A program made the translations under genes and the position numbers. From Tricharina praecox (lineage: Eukaryota), in contig NW_026250418.1 of the NCBI RefSeq assembly GCF_024521635.1, positions 682,001 through 746,000 of the forward strand: a stretch of 64,000 nt of DNA. Reading direction: 5' to 3'. How positions within the stretch are numbered: position 1 is the stretch's first letter; every line of letters begins with the position of its first letter. The notes beneath the pieces are model-generated. The model had not been told where the DNA came from. It saw only the letters and a list, made by a program, of their open reading frames with translations, and ran no database searches. Shown here one piece after another: positions 37,515 through 49,719 of the stretch.

Positions 37515-38295
37515 TGCGGAAGAACCGAAACGCATGGAGGGTAGCGGGCGAATCAACATCGACTGCTAAGAGAAGCGCTGGTGGAGTGGATGGTCTTCAC
37601 CAAAAAGGGGAGATTGCGGCTACTTAGTTGGAGGCTGCAAAAGACAAATGCTATTACTATGATTATGAACGTTGCGGTATCGATCGGGAGTCTAAACCCA
37701 TTATACGACCTCAACCCGATGATGGTGGTCAACTACATACCGAGGGTTACTCATCGGGGTTTTGCACATCTTCAGCCAAAATAACTCCTTCACCTCGGTC
37801 CGTGAGAACTCCTCAGAATCTGAATTCAAATAAGCATTATCATCGTGTTTTTCGGAAAGGGTGAGGCCCGCCAACCACGGGTTGTCATATCGCGGAGAAG
37901 GGTTAGGCGGCAGGAAGAGTAGCTGTAGGTGTCAACCTTTCAACGTCTGTCCGTCCGAATACAGCAATGGTAGGTAACCATGGGACACTTTCCAGAGGAT
38001 GTGAGATTTCGTTGAACCGCAGTTATCGAGAGTAAAATAAGGATGGCCATGGCGACAGCTCGAGCGGGATTCACTTCAGCTATCCAGCCAAGCAAGTGGT
38101 ATTTTTCATCGGACTTGCAGGACTCGAGTCAGTTGGCGCCGCCATGGTTGCCTCCCAGGGTGATACAATAGCGCAGCAGTGATTCCAGTGAATACCTGAT
38201 ATGGTTAGTACAGGTCGCAACCAGATCACAACCCATCGGCTCGCAAAACCGACCCCAGCACCTTCTCTCCAGACATTGCATCCCGCACCCCCGCC

Positions 38296-41118
38296 ATGGC
38301 TCCCTCCAGCGCATCATCCACGCTTCCCACGTCTTACTCTCTCGCGAGATACACATATGCATCTCCTTCAACCGATGGCGCTTGGCTCATATATCCGCGC
38401 CGCAACGGCCTCTACGTCGTGTGCGATCCAGCTGTCTGCCATCTCAAGATCGTATGGGCGGTCGAACTACTCGCCGAGATTGATGTTATCGCTGATGTGA
38501 AGCATTCGAACGATTGTTTTGTCGTTGGACGCTTGCCCGTGCTCGCTGTGAAGTATGCGGGAGGACTGAAGAGACTGCAACTGAGGTTTCAACGCGTGGA
38601 GGACTATGAGAGTGTTGTGCGGTATTTGGAGGGATGGGGGGTGGAGGTCAGGAAGGATGCTACGGCCATGCAGATGGGTAGCGTCTCCAGCCAGTCTTCA
38701 TGGATGGGCCAGCAGCAGATGGGAAGAGCTCGGACGCAGTTTGGCGTGGAAAAGTGGAATCATGCTGCGATGGAGCAGCAACGGGCAATGGGTGGGGAGA
38801 CGCAAATCGAATCGACTGCACAGGGCCAACAGGTAGTGAGGCAAGCCCAAACATCCGTCTCGACGTACGATCATCCTCCTGGGACTTTCCAGCAGCCGCA
38901 TCAGCAACAGAATCTCCAGTCGAATCGGCCAATCTCTCACCAGGAAGGACTCCTCTCCTCTCAGGGGCCGCATCAGCAATATTTCCAGTCGAATCAGCCA
39001 ATCTCTCACCACGAAGGACTCCTCTCCTCTCAGCAGCCGCATCAGCAATATTTCCAGTCGAATCATACAATCTCTCGTCACAATCCTCGCCACTCTTACC
39101 AGGAAGGACTCCCCTCCTCTCAGCAGCCACATCAGCAACATAATCTCCCGCCGAATCAGCAACATAATCTCCCGCCGAATCAGCCAATCCCTCGCCAGGA
39201 AGGACTCCCCTCCTCCCAGCATCCACAGCAGCCCGTGGGTATGGATCCAGTATTTTCACCGGTGCAACAGATCTCAGATCGCTCTTACCAGCACCAGCAA
39301 GTTTCCGAACACCCATACCAGTTGCCTGAGAAAACTCAATCCCAGAAGCAGCAGAACCAGATGCACACCCTGCAGAATCATGCACTCGAGCACTCTGACG
39401 GCCAGCACCATTTCGGAATGCAGGACTCATCCCAGAGCACTCGCATGCAGTTTCTACCCCCGCGCACAAGTTCCTCTGGCTTAGCTCAGCCGTATCAATC
39501 CGAATGCCGACAAACATTTTCTTCTCAAACGTCCCACATTACCCAGCACGCATACCAGCCTCAGCCCCAGCTGCATTCTCCGTTCCATGCCACTTCATCT
39601 CTAGACGACGATGGAGTCCCGCCTCCGCGTTTGCCAATCTCTTTCTCCCAACGCAAGATGGAGACTGTGGATATGCACGAGCTTCTTGCACTCCCACCCC
39701 TCGAAAAGCCCACGATCGTGCCTAGACCTCAGAGGTTGTTGACGCCTGAAGTTACGCCCCCCAGAAAGAAGCGTGCGCCGGCGAAGCCTAGAGCTAAGTC
39801 GAAGGGCAAGGGGATGTCGACGGAGAAAGACAACAATGGAGACAAAAAAACGGACGATAAAGAAGCGGCCGTCAGCAGTACAGCGAAGAAGCAAGCAAAG
39901 CCGAGAGCCAGACCAAAGCCGAAAGCGAAAGTTGTGGAGGCGGAAGGCCTAAACGTTTTCCAATGGGTAGTGGGTGACAAGGCTGAAGCGGAGGGCATAA
40001 ACTTGGTCACCGGGATAGTTAGTACGAAGGCTAAAGATGGGGATGCTGGGGAGAAGGAGAAAGAAGTTGCAGTAATCGTCGAAGAAGTGAAGAAACCGAC
40101 GAAGTCGAGGGCCAAACCAAAGCCGAAAGCAAAAGTTGTGGAGGCGGAAGGCATGAATGCGGAAACAGGGATAGTTGATGACAAGGCTGAAGATCGGGAC
40201 GGAGGGGAGAAGGAAAATATACTTGCAGTCACCGTCAAAGAAGCGAAGAAACCGACGAAGCCGAGGGCGAGACCAAAGCCGAAGGCAAAAGCTGCGGAGA
40301 AGCAGGTTGAGGGTGATGTGATCGAGAAAAACTCTGTGGATTGTGGAGGGACAACCAGCAACAAGACTCTCCCGCCGTCGAGACCTCTTGCAAAACCTAA
40401 GTCGAATACGGCGGTGGAGAACTTGGTTCATAACGACAAGCCTCAGGATGAGACTCCAACTACAGGGCCAGAAGAAAAGTCGCTAGCGCACGAGCACAAT
40501 CACAGCTCCTCTGCTCCGGTCCACCCTCAGGAAAAGCCCAGTTTTGCCTCGGATCCGATAGGGAACCCGCTTTCTACCGTTAATTCTCCACGGGAGAACA
40601 AGAAACGAGGGCCCCCGCCAGATGAAGATCTACAGTCAAACACGCCCCAGAAGAAGCGAATTTCCGAATTTCCCGCTACTGAGCCCCCTACTCCCTTGAG
40701 AGATGGAGAAGATTCGGTATCTCCGACTATACAGCTTGAGACGCTCCCACAAGACCAAGGCGTATCCGCTACGCAATCCATTCCCTCGGGCGCCAATATA
40801 CCAGCGATTTCGGAGATTATGGAAGGCCAGCCTCTTGGCCCTCTGGTTGGCGTAGAATCGCTGGATCCTAGGCTCCATACCCTGATGAATATCTCGACAA
40901 TCTTTCAAGACGTGGCACGACGGTTGGACTTCGCAAATATCTCGGAACCGGAGCAGAACATGACAATGGAGCTTCTGATCTCGAGTTCCCTTATCGATCC
41001 AGGCTTCTTGCGGATGTTTCAAGCTATCGCCAGAGTCTGCCAGAATCCTGACTTTGTGGAAAGAATGTTGGTGCTGGCGGCGGTTTCGAGTGAGTGGAAT
41101 GATTCGGAGCCGGTGTAG
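38296..41118 (+). CDS. REC114: Rec114/Rec7/Asy1-like meiotic double-strand-break protein
   Basis: N-terminal ~115-aa PH-like block (YSLARYTY..W..LKIVW..LLAEI..PVLAVKY..KRLQLRFQ..DYESVVRYL), a long disordered middle, and C-terminal helix LISSSLIDPGFLRMFQAIARV resembling the last Rec114 signature motif. Confidence 0.7.
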   Translation: MAPSSASSTLPTSYSLARYTYASPSTDGAWLIYPRRNGLYVVCDPAVCHLKIVWAVELLAEIDVIADVKHSNDCFVVGRLPVLAVKYAGGLKRLQLRFQRVEDYESVVRYLEGWGVEVRKDATAMQMGSVSSQSSWMGQQQMGRARTQFGVEKWNHAAMEQQRAMGGETQIESTAQGQQVVRQAQTSVSTYDHPPGTFQQPHQQQNLQSNRPISHQEGLLSSQGPHQQYFQSNQPISHHEGLLSSQQPHQQYFQSNHTISRHNPRHSYQEGLPSSQQPHQQHNLPPNQQHNLPPNQPIPRQEGLPSSQHPQQPVGMDPVFSPVQQISDRSYQHQQVSEHPYQLPEKTQSQKQQNQMHTLQNHALEHSDGQHHFGMQDSSQSTRMQFLPPRTSSSGLAQPYQSECRQTFSSQTSHITQHAYQPQPQLHSPFHATSSLDDDGVPPPRLPISFSQRKMETVDMHELLALPPLEKPTIVPRPQRLLTPEVTPPRKKRAPAKPRAKSKGKGMSTEKDNNGDKKTDDKEAAVSSTAKKQAKPRARPKPKAKVVEAEGLNVFQWVVGDKAEAEGINLVTGIVSTKAKDGDAGEKEKEVAVIVEEVKKPTKSRAKPKPKAKVVEAEGMNAETGIVDDKAEDRDGGEKENILAVTVKEAKKPTKPRARPKPKAKAAEKQVEGDVIEKNSVDCGGTTSNKTLPPSRPLAKPKSNTAVENLVHNDKPQDETPTTGPEEKSLAHEHNHSSSAPVHPQEKPSFASDPIGNPLSTVNSPRENKKRGPPPDEDLQSNTPQKKRISEFPATEPPTPLRDGEDSVSPTIQLETLPQDQGVSATQSIPSGANIPAISEIMEGQPLGPLVGVESLDPRLHTLMNISTIFQDVARRLDFANISEPEQNMTMELLISSSLIDPGFLRMFQAIARVCQNPDFVERMLVLAAVSSEWNDSEPV

Positions 41119-42017
41119 TTTGGTACGGAGTGGACGATAAAAGTTCATGTGATATGCTTTCTTTTTCTTATTCTTTTTCTTTCTTTCCTTCTTTGATTGT
41201 TTTTAGTTTGGGTCGTACAGGTACGGATTCGGGGATTGATTGGAATAGACGAGGATGATTTGCTTTGAAGAGACATTACGATTTACTACTGATACGACAT
41301 TTCGATTGACGATGGACACGAGATTGGTGGATACTGTACTTTGCTCTATCTATATACATTGCTCTAGACTATTTGAAAAGTTGGGTTTTATTGTGCTGCT
41401 CCTCTACCTGCTGGTGCCCATAAATCGAGTGGTCGGCCGGCCGGCTTCCAGCAACCATATACTTTCCTGCATTTCCATTTCACTGTAGCACGGACATCCG
41501 ATACTAAGACCGTTGTTCCCGGCCAACTGGTAGTTTCCGTGAGTCTCTCCGATACGTTCCTGGCCCAGAAATGGTATTCCCAATGCAGGCGTCTCCAGGA
41601 TTCGGACCGCAGCAACTTACGGATGCGGCTGCGTTCCACGCTCGTCCCGGAAGCAGTAGTATCTCTACCGGTGGAAAGATTGATCCCTTGTCTATCCCAT
41701 CTGTCCCGTTTGCTCGTGATGCTTCGGTCCAGCACTTCCGACAAACCGTCTTCCCGACTCTTGCCCGACAGTTGCCCCCTAATGCCGCCTCCGACTTCAT
41801 CGGCCATGATCAGGGAAATGCTTCGCCGCGGTTCTGAGCCGAAGTTGCTGGCCAGAAATTTCCAATAATGGTCCCCAAAATGCCCACATGTCTGCATCGG
41901 CTTCGCACCCGCCACAAACAAAGCATTGATAGCCATGGCGTGGCGGGCGGGTGCACATTTGATCTTCATACCCTGATGAACAACATCACATTGCTGCAAA
42001 TCGGGAAGGAGGGTTGC

Positions 42018-42326
42018 TGCTGCTTCCGCCGAGATACTGACCTGCTTCCGCCGAGATGCTGACCTGCTGTCGAACCGATTGCTGACCTGCTGTTGCCCGA
42101 GTCGTCCGCCGATATATTAACCTGCTTCCGCTGATATGTTAACCTGCCGTCCAACCGACCGCTGACCTGCTGTTGCCCTTGTCGTCCGCCGAATTACTGA
42201 TCTGCTTCCGCCGAGATGCTGACCTTCTGTCGAAACCGATTGCTAACCTGCTGTTGTCACTGTCGTCCGCCGAGATGCTGACCTGCTTCAGCCGATGTTA
42301 ACCTGCTGTTGCCACTCTCGTCCGCC
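42018..42326. repeat. Degenerate minisatellite (~21-31-nt units with higher-order repetition)
   Basis: Recurrent units TGCTGACCTGCTTCCGCCGAGA, GCTGACCTGCTGTCGAACCGATT and ACCTGCTGTTGCCC..GTCGTCCGCCGA. Confidence 0.85.
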
Positions 42327-44266
42327 AGGTGGAAGGTAGAAAGGTGGAAGGTAGAAAGGTGGAAGCAGAAAAGCAAAACGAGAAAAGTGGAAGGAAAAAG
42401 GCCGAAGGAAGGTGGAAGGAAAATGCAGAAGGAGAAAGGTGGAAGGAAGATGGGAGGAGAAAAGTGGTAGGAGAAAAGGTGAGGGAAGAAAAATTATGTT
42501 CTTGTAAGAAAGGGCGAGGAAGAGGGGTCAAAGGAAGAAGTGAGATGTGTGGGAGTAGGAGAAGAGGAGGAGGAGGGGTGAGAAGAAAGCTCCTGTCTTA
42601 TGCGTCTTTTCGCGAGAGTTAGGGCTACACCTTTATTTGCTAGTGGGTTCAATGCACATCTGATAATACCGCTAACGACATGATTGTGTCGTCTTAGATC
42701 TGTTATCTAGAGACTTAGAATGGTGGATGGATAGTTCGAGTGAGAGGGAAAATACCAGTTTATTTCACGATGGGTGCGAGTGATGTAAGGATATGGCATT
42801 TACTCATCCGTTACGCGAGTGACGCTGTGAGGCCACCCGAGTCCCGGCGCTCACCTCGCTACAGCTTCGCACATGCAAACCCAATCTCTAATCCTCAGCC
42901 GCCATGTACCGCACCGAGACGCAGGCTTCTGCTGGGACTGTAGCGAGATCGGCGAATTTGCGCCTTCCGAGTCCAATTTTTGTTTTTGTTTCTTTGTTGC
43001 TCGCAAGTAATTACATGGTACCTGGAGTCTGATGAGACGTTGTCCAGGTAGATATCCTGTCTGCAGTCTATCCCGTACATGTCCGGCGCTTGTAAGTTTG
43101 TTGCACTTCACTAAGTTCGCCCAATCTGGACCGATGCCCAAAGGTTGGTATCGAGTGATATCAAAAGCATTCGGCGAGTGGACTCTTCCGCAGAGCAACT
43201 TGTGTAACTTAGTGGTAACGGGCTCTCTACCATTATGTATCTAGCGGTGCACATTCCCACGTCCCTTCTTCCGAAGCTTTCTAAATATTTGGCAGTGTAG
43301 TAGTAGAGTCCATCGCCGCCCTCGGTGTAGTAGTCAGTATCCGCCGGTGGTCCGTCTGCAACATGACTGCCTGTTTGTGACTCGAGTCTCAGCCCCATAA
43401 CCTGTGTATCAGAAGTGCTGTTGCTCATTTTCTGGTATTGGCACCGAGGATGTTTGAAGTTCCGTGGGTCAGAGGCGGCGTTGGCGACTGTCATGGTAGC
43501 AACCGTGACTGCTACCAGCGCAGCTGCAACCAGACAACCTAATCGAGATAGTGAGTCGTGTGGTTGTGTAGACGCACGACCGCCTCCTGGTCAGGCATAC
43601 TTTGCGGTGCAACAAATGTACACACGCCCCGGACCTGTAGGGAATAACCAGCTCGAGGAATCGATCGCTTCTCCTTCCCTCCGCCTGGTACCCATTAAAG
43701 AGGGATGGAAAGAAATACTATGAAAGTACACAACAACGACGGGATGAAAAGAAATCGAACCCGCCGCCCAGCTCCCAACTCGCTTGCCTCGAAAGCCACA
43801 TCCGTTGCCGCCTCTCTCTAGCCGTTCTAGGAACTCGTCGGCGTTTTCCACAGCCACGCCGCCCTGGTGGTCATCCAAGGCTCCAAGCAGTGTTCAGATA
43901 GCTCACCCCTTTTCTCGTCCGCCATTAGCTGTCCGATCCACCACTTGCGCTTCTTTTGACCGGTTTCCCGGCCCAGAGGTTGGCTCGCCGTTTTCGGGTG
44001 ATCGTCTGTGAACGACAAGGATTATCAGCGAATAGTTCATGATGATGTCATTACATCAGACGTCATCCATTCGACGGTCTCGAAGTCCCAAGTACACCCT
44101 TCTTGTTTCTCTGGCCAGCAGCTGTAGCCAGACTCTACATATTTTCCTGCACCTGACACAAATCCACAACTCACTTCGATACACACCTTTCCTACCAAAC
44201 AACATCGTCAACACCTCCACCGATAATCACTACCAACCACTGCCACCAGCCGCCACAAAAGCAACG

Positions 44267-45025
44267 ATGTCACTCCCTCTCGTCCGCCTCTTCCCCCGGC
44301 TGGTCCGACCCACCGTCGCGACTACCTCCATCACCGCAACCCGTTACAAGAGCCACAAAGCCAACACCAGCGGCGACGTTCCGTCGAAAGACGAGCTCAA
44401 GCCCACATCGAAAGAGTCGACCCGATCCGGCACGAACGACCAGATTGCGCACGAAGACGCTGCGTTCAACCCCAATTCGAATCCGGTTGAGGAGAAGGGT
44501 GATGTCGGTCGGGAGGTGCGTTCTGAATCTCCTTCTACTACTACTGCGTCTACCCTGTGTTGTGCGGCTGCGGTGGGCGCGGATGGTCAGCATACGGAGG
44601 TGCCAGTGCAAATCTTTTTGTATGGTTTTTGGCTGTGATCGCCCAGCTGCGCCGTCGATTTGATTTCAATGGGAGATGATGGCATTCTGCTGGTATCTCT
44701 CTGGGATAGATGATGAATTGCGGGTTGATACATGGTGTTTTTGTCCGGGATTCTCTCTTCGGGATTGATTTGTTTGGGTTTCTTTCCGTCTGATAGATGC
44801 CTGCCGGCCGTAGGCATAACTAGATTTTGTTTTCGTACACTCCATATCTCCTCTATACCGGTGATCTGACATATCTGTGGCTTGTAGGAAGGATCACCAT
44901 CGTACGGAATGGAGAACCCACTCGAGTTCTCTGGTGCTACCCCGGAGGTATCGCACCAGACCCGCGACGACCGCGTGGTTAAGGGAGGAGACAAGAAGCC
45001 AAGTGGAGGAAGCAAGGGTGCTTAA
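44267..45025 (+). CDS. Small hydrophilic protein with mitochondrial-type presequence, 2 exons
   Basis: Arg/Thr-rich, acid-free N-terminus. Intron 44516-44887 (GTGCGT..CTGAC..TAG) joins in frame to EGSPSYGMENPLEFSGATPEVS..KGA*. Contains SGTNDQIAH..AFNP and NPLEFS motifs. Confidence 0.75.
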
Positions 45026-45755
45026 GGGGATTGATGTACATGAAATAGAGCTGTACATAATGCATCGATTGGGAGCATGGCATAATGAAGGGTGAATGCT
45101 GATGATTTGAGGCTCGTTATTCGCCAAGTGCATGATTAGCTGTGTGATATTCCGAGTGTCCAACTTTTGGGCTTTTGGGAGTTTTTCGTCCTCTTGTAAT
45201 ATTATGAGGAGTTTGGTTGTCCGAATCGGTGGTGGAAAGGATCGACCACACCCTTCCACCCTTCCACCCTCATAGCCCACTCGCTCAGCACGCTTCGGTC
45301 GAGGGCTGGCCCGCTCCTTTTGCACTACTAGTACATAGGATATCACTCTACGCCAAGGTTAGCTAACAGGGGCTGTCCTGCCAATTGAGACTTGAGGGTG
45401 TCCGCAGGTTTTTGGTTTAGCGAGTATTGCCGATATGATCGCGGCACACATCACGGCATGGAGATGATCTCCTTCGCTACCGATGCTATGGTTAGCTGTC
45501 AGCTTCTGCTGCCCGCACGCACCTGTGGGTACTGTATTTCGGGCGGGAAAGCAGATCGAGCGCAATTTCGACGTCGTACCTCAGGTCGTCCTCCGCCAGA
45601 GAGTCAGAGGCCTTGCTTGCTTTGAATGTTTGTGGGTGTCTTGGCAGCAAGGTGCTCTCATTGAAGCTAAGTAAGGTACCTGGTGGTTAGATGCTCCAAC
45701 TTTGGCCGAGTCGTGTGCTTCGGAGTCCGGACTTCCACCACTGCGTCGCACACAC

Positions 45756-47262
45756 ATGGATCCGAAAACCCCCACCACGACATCCTACCGCGGACTCGGT
45801 CTCCCGCCGACGCTGCGCACGCCGTCGTTCGGCGTTTCGGGAGGCCCAGCAGTGCACCGCTACCAAGCGGGGAGCTCGCTGCACGCGCTCGAAGACTCGT
45901 TGATTCTCGAGATTGGGTCGCGGATCCTGCGCGCAGGGTTCTCGAGCGAGGCGGCGCCGCGATGCCAACTCGCCTGGAACGATACCATGTGGCGCCGGTC
46001 GGGGGAGAAGGTTCTGACCGCGTTTGTGGGCCGACGGCAGGGTGGCAGGGGCGTGTGGGATCTCGACTTTGCCCTGCATGGAGAGGTGGGTGAGGATGTC
46101 GACGTGCGCCTCCGGCGACAGTTGGGGTTGGTGGAGGATCTCGTGGAACGCGGGCTGAGGCTCGCGTATAACAAGTATATTATCGCTCCCTGGCTTGTCA
46201 TGGATCGATCGGAGGAGGCTGAGCTGACGGGGTTGGGGGGGATGTAGACACTTGCTTCTGGACTCCAAGTCGCGGAGGATACTCCTTCCCGTGCCGCCGC
46301 TGTTCCCAACCCGAATCTTGACCGCCATCCTAGCCACGATCTTTGTACATTTCCAACCACCGGCGGTCACGCTGATGTCGGCACCGGTACTCGCGACCGT
46401 TGCGGCCGGGCTCAGAAGCGCGCTGATCGTGGATATCGGCTGGGAGGAGACGGTGGTGACGCCCGTCTACGACCTGCGCGCCATCGAGGGGCGAGGCATC
46501 GGCGTGCACGGACGCAGCATCCGCGGGACCAAAGTCCTTCGCGACGCATGGCTATCCTTCCTGACCACATTCCTGCGCGAAGGCAGCGACCCACCCGACA
46601 TCTCCGAGGTGGAGGAGATAATGGAGCGCATGAGCTACATACCCTCTGTGGACGGAACCCAGGGCGCAGACAAGGTGATGACGATACCGCTCGGCCGGTG
46701 GACGCTACGAATCCCATTCTCGCAACTCGCGAAACCCGCCGAAAAGGCGTTTTTTGCGCCCACGAGCACACCCACGGTAACACCGGACTTCACGGACGAT
46801 AACGACACCCCACTGCCGCTATTGCTATACCACGCACTCCTCTACAGCACCGTGGACGTGCGCTCCGCCTGCGTTCCGCGCATCGTCTTCGTTGGCGGCG
46901 GCTCCCGGATTCCCGGACTACAGACCCGCGTCCTGCGGGACCTACAGGATATAATAAACGAACGCGGCTGGGTTCTTGGACTCCGCGGGCTAAACACATC
47001 GCAGCCCAAGCCCCGCGCTAAAACATCGCTTTCGGAGGAGGACGAGGATAAAGAAAACTACGATGAGTCGGAGGAGGAGCCGCTGGCGAAGGAGAAGGAC
47101 GACAGGCCGGATATGCACGTGCGCGGCGTCAAGAGCCTCGGTGTCTGGGCTGGCGGAAGTCTTGTTGCCGGTCTGAAGGTCAAGGCGAAGGTGGAGATCG
47201 AGCGGGAGAGGTTTTTAAGTGAGGTTGCGAAGGGCGGGTCGGGACTACCAGTTGGGTGGTAA
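45756..47262 (+). CDS. Dynactin pointed-end actin-related protein Arp11/Arp10 (Neurospora ro-7-like)
   Basis: Actin-fold motifs LILEIGSRILRAGFSSEAAPRC, ALIVDIGWEETVVTPVYDLR, IVFVGGGSRIPGL and VWAGGSL. Intron 46175-46247. Confidence 0.85.
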
Positions 47263-49719
47263 TACCTACGACATACATACCAAGGCGTTTGTTTGCTTGT
47301 TTGCTTGTTTGCTTTATTAGAAATTGATGGCGAGTGGCTTGTTTGCGTGAGATATCAATACCATTTGAAAGACTTCTGCTGCAGAGTCATGTTTATCACA
47401 GTAGTACAGGCCTGGCGCCTAAACAGGTTGCTCAGCCCAGGAATCCTCATGAATTGTGGCGCTTAAGTCAACATATCCATGGTAAAGAACCTGGGATCTT
47501 GAGCCCGATACCATCTCCCTCCCCCCTCAATCACACTCCGCTTTACAGTGCTCTTTCATCTGAATACAGAAATCATCTTCAACTACACGGGCCGCAGGTC
47601 GTCATTCGAAATTTCCTGCTCCAGTCTCGTGCTACATCTTCACATACCGTCTGTACTCGTACCTATCTGCCAGCGTCAAACCTCATTCTTGTAGGTAAAT
47701 CTTTGGACGTAACACGGCAGTCTTCTTAGCCTCTCGTAGCCAGTCCGATGAGAATCTCGTCCCCGTGTTGGCGTTGGGAAAATCCAGGGAGCCCATTCCA
47801 CGGGCCGTGATAACTTCCGGGCCAATCCACGGGCTCCAAAAGCGAGACCGAGGAGTTCGAAGCGACGAGTCAACTATCTTCCTGGGCCCAAAGTAGGTAA
47901 ACACTAAAGACAGCTGTATGTAGCCTGTGAGCGCACATTCCTTCGTGATGGAGTACCTACCTAGGTACATACGAGTACTTCTTCCGTCTTCTTGTTGACA
48001 GAACGTGCAGCTCGCGGTCTCCCGCTTCCCCCAAGGCGACGGGAACAGTCCATCCACATCAACCTGCAAACCTGCTGGAGGCTAGGAAACTCCAGCGCAC
48101 GTGAGGATAAGAGCAGGAGGTGTCGCTGCTCGGCTGTGTTCTCGACGGTGAACACCATTGGTGATTGCAAGATTGCAATTTGCCAGTCGATTGGTGAGAT
48201 TTCGATTGGACTGGATCGGGGCTTTCGGCAAATGAACTCTCCGAAGTTTCCATCTATCAGCGGTAGTTATCTACTGGAAAATCCGCGCTGTTGTGTGTGA
48301 CGATGGTACGAACCACACGATAGGTTGTAACACCAGCGAATGTCGTCGGGGACTTTGAACTTTCCTCCGAAGAAACAATCTGAAGAGTACGTGTGTAAAG
48401 GGGCGTGGGGTAAAGGGTTGGTGAGAATGGAGATATAATTTGCCAATGCACCGTAATAAAGGGTTGGTGAGAATGGAGATAGGCAGTGCCTCCCAATATG
48501 TAGCACGTGAAGAAGAGGCTTTGACACGCGAGAGTGTATGGGTCGTAGTCGACGAATGAGCTGCTCTTCAAAGCTGTAGAAGCATGAAATACTCAGGTCT
48601 GCTGCGTGACTTCAGAGTTCAAAGCTTCCGGCTCCATGATTACCTACTTCGGTAGCAGATGGTGAATGTTGGGAACAATATGCCGCGCCGAGGGCTGAGA
48701 TGTTGAGGTGTTGAATGGAGTGTTGTGTGGAGTGTTACGGGAGGCGTGGTTGCTGTGCTGTACTATATCGTAGAGGTAGTGGAGATGGAACTTCGAAGAA
48801 AGCCACGGAGGTGCATACGTCGACCCGGTTCTACGAAGTTCCAACACTGCTGCTTACGTACAGGGTCGTGGCGCGAGTATCTCGCCGCAAATACCGAGCT
48901 TCGCAGAAGCTTGGGCATGGACGTGGACCACGATGGGTGCAGGAAGAAGAAGTATATTGTAATCACTGGGCATGTATGTACGCTCTGGAAGAAGACGCTG
49001 GCACCCACCCACGGCACTTTATAACCCTCGAATTCCTGTATCCAGCACGGAAAAAACCCCGCGTGGTCTAGTGGTCTAGGGCAACGCAATCAACGAGGGG
49101 AGCTGAGAGAAAGTCACCGGTTCAAAATCGGATGAATGCCTTATGTATTCAGCTCTTGGGAATTCCAAGCCACCCGCCGGGGGTGGTGGCGGTTTTTTGT
49201 TTTTGGCATCATAGATGGAGCACATGATGTCACTCGGCGATTTCACGTGACACGTCTTTTGCTGCCGGCTGTGGAGGCGGGAATCCCTACCTGAAGCGCA
49301 AGATCATGGAGGCCAAGTACAAGGAGCCCAAGTCATAGGCAGATGTAAGAATCATCAACAAGACGCACTGTAATTACCACGTCTCCAGAGTCCATACTGT
49401 CCGAGAGGCCTATTCATGAAATATCATTCGCACAATCCCAATAACTCCAGCAAAACAACAAAAAAAACAAAAAACAACATGCAATCCCCCGCAAACCCCC
49501 TTTTCAGTCGATACCTTGGTCCCGCCAGCTCAAATCAAATCGCATCCGTTCCCCGCACCCAAGCACCAAACAAATCAACAGAAGAAATAGCAGCAAACAA
49601 ATCCCAAAGCATCCCAAAGCATCCCAAAGCAAGTCATGTCAATGTCGGTCCAACAAACAGATCAATCAAGTGTCCAAACAAAAGAAAAAATGACAAAGGA
49701 AAGGGAAAAAAAATACTCC

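Noticed and set aside
47650..49100. Possible minus-strand spliced orphan gene; ~26-nt direct repeat at ~48411/48456
   Set aside because: TATA-like and splice-like signals exist, but I could not build a consistent open frame or recognise a product.
49167..49204. Rho-independent terminator-like hairpin plus T-run
   Set aside because: The genome is eukaryotic, the stem is imperfect and there is no associated Pol III gene.
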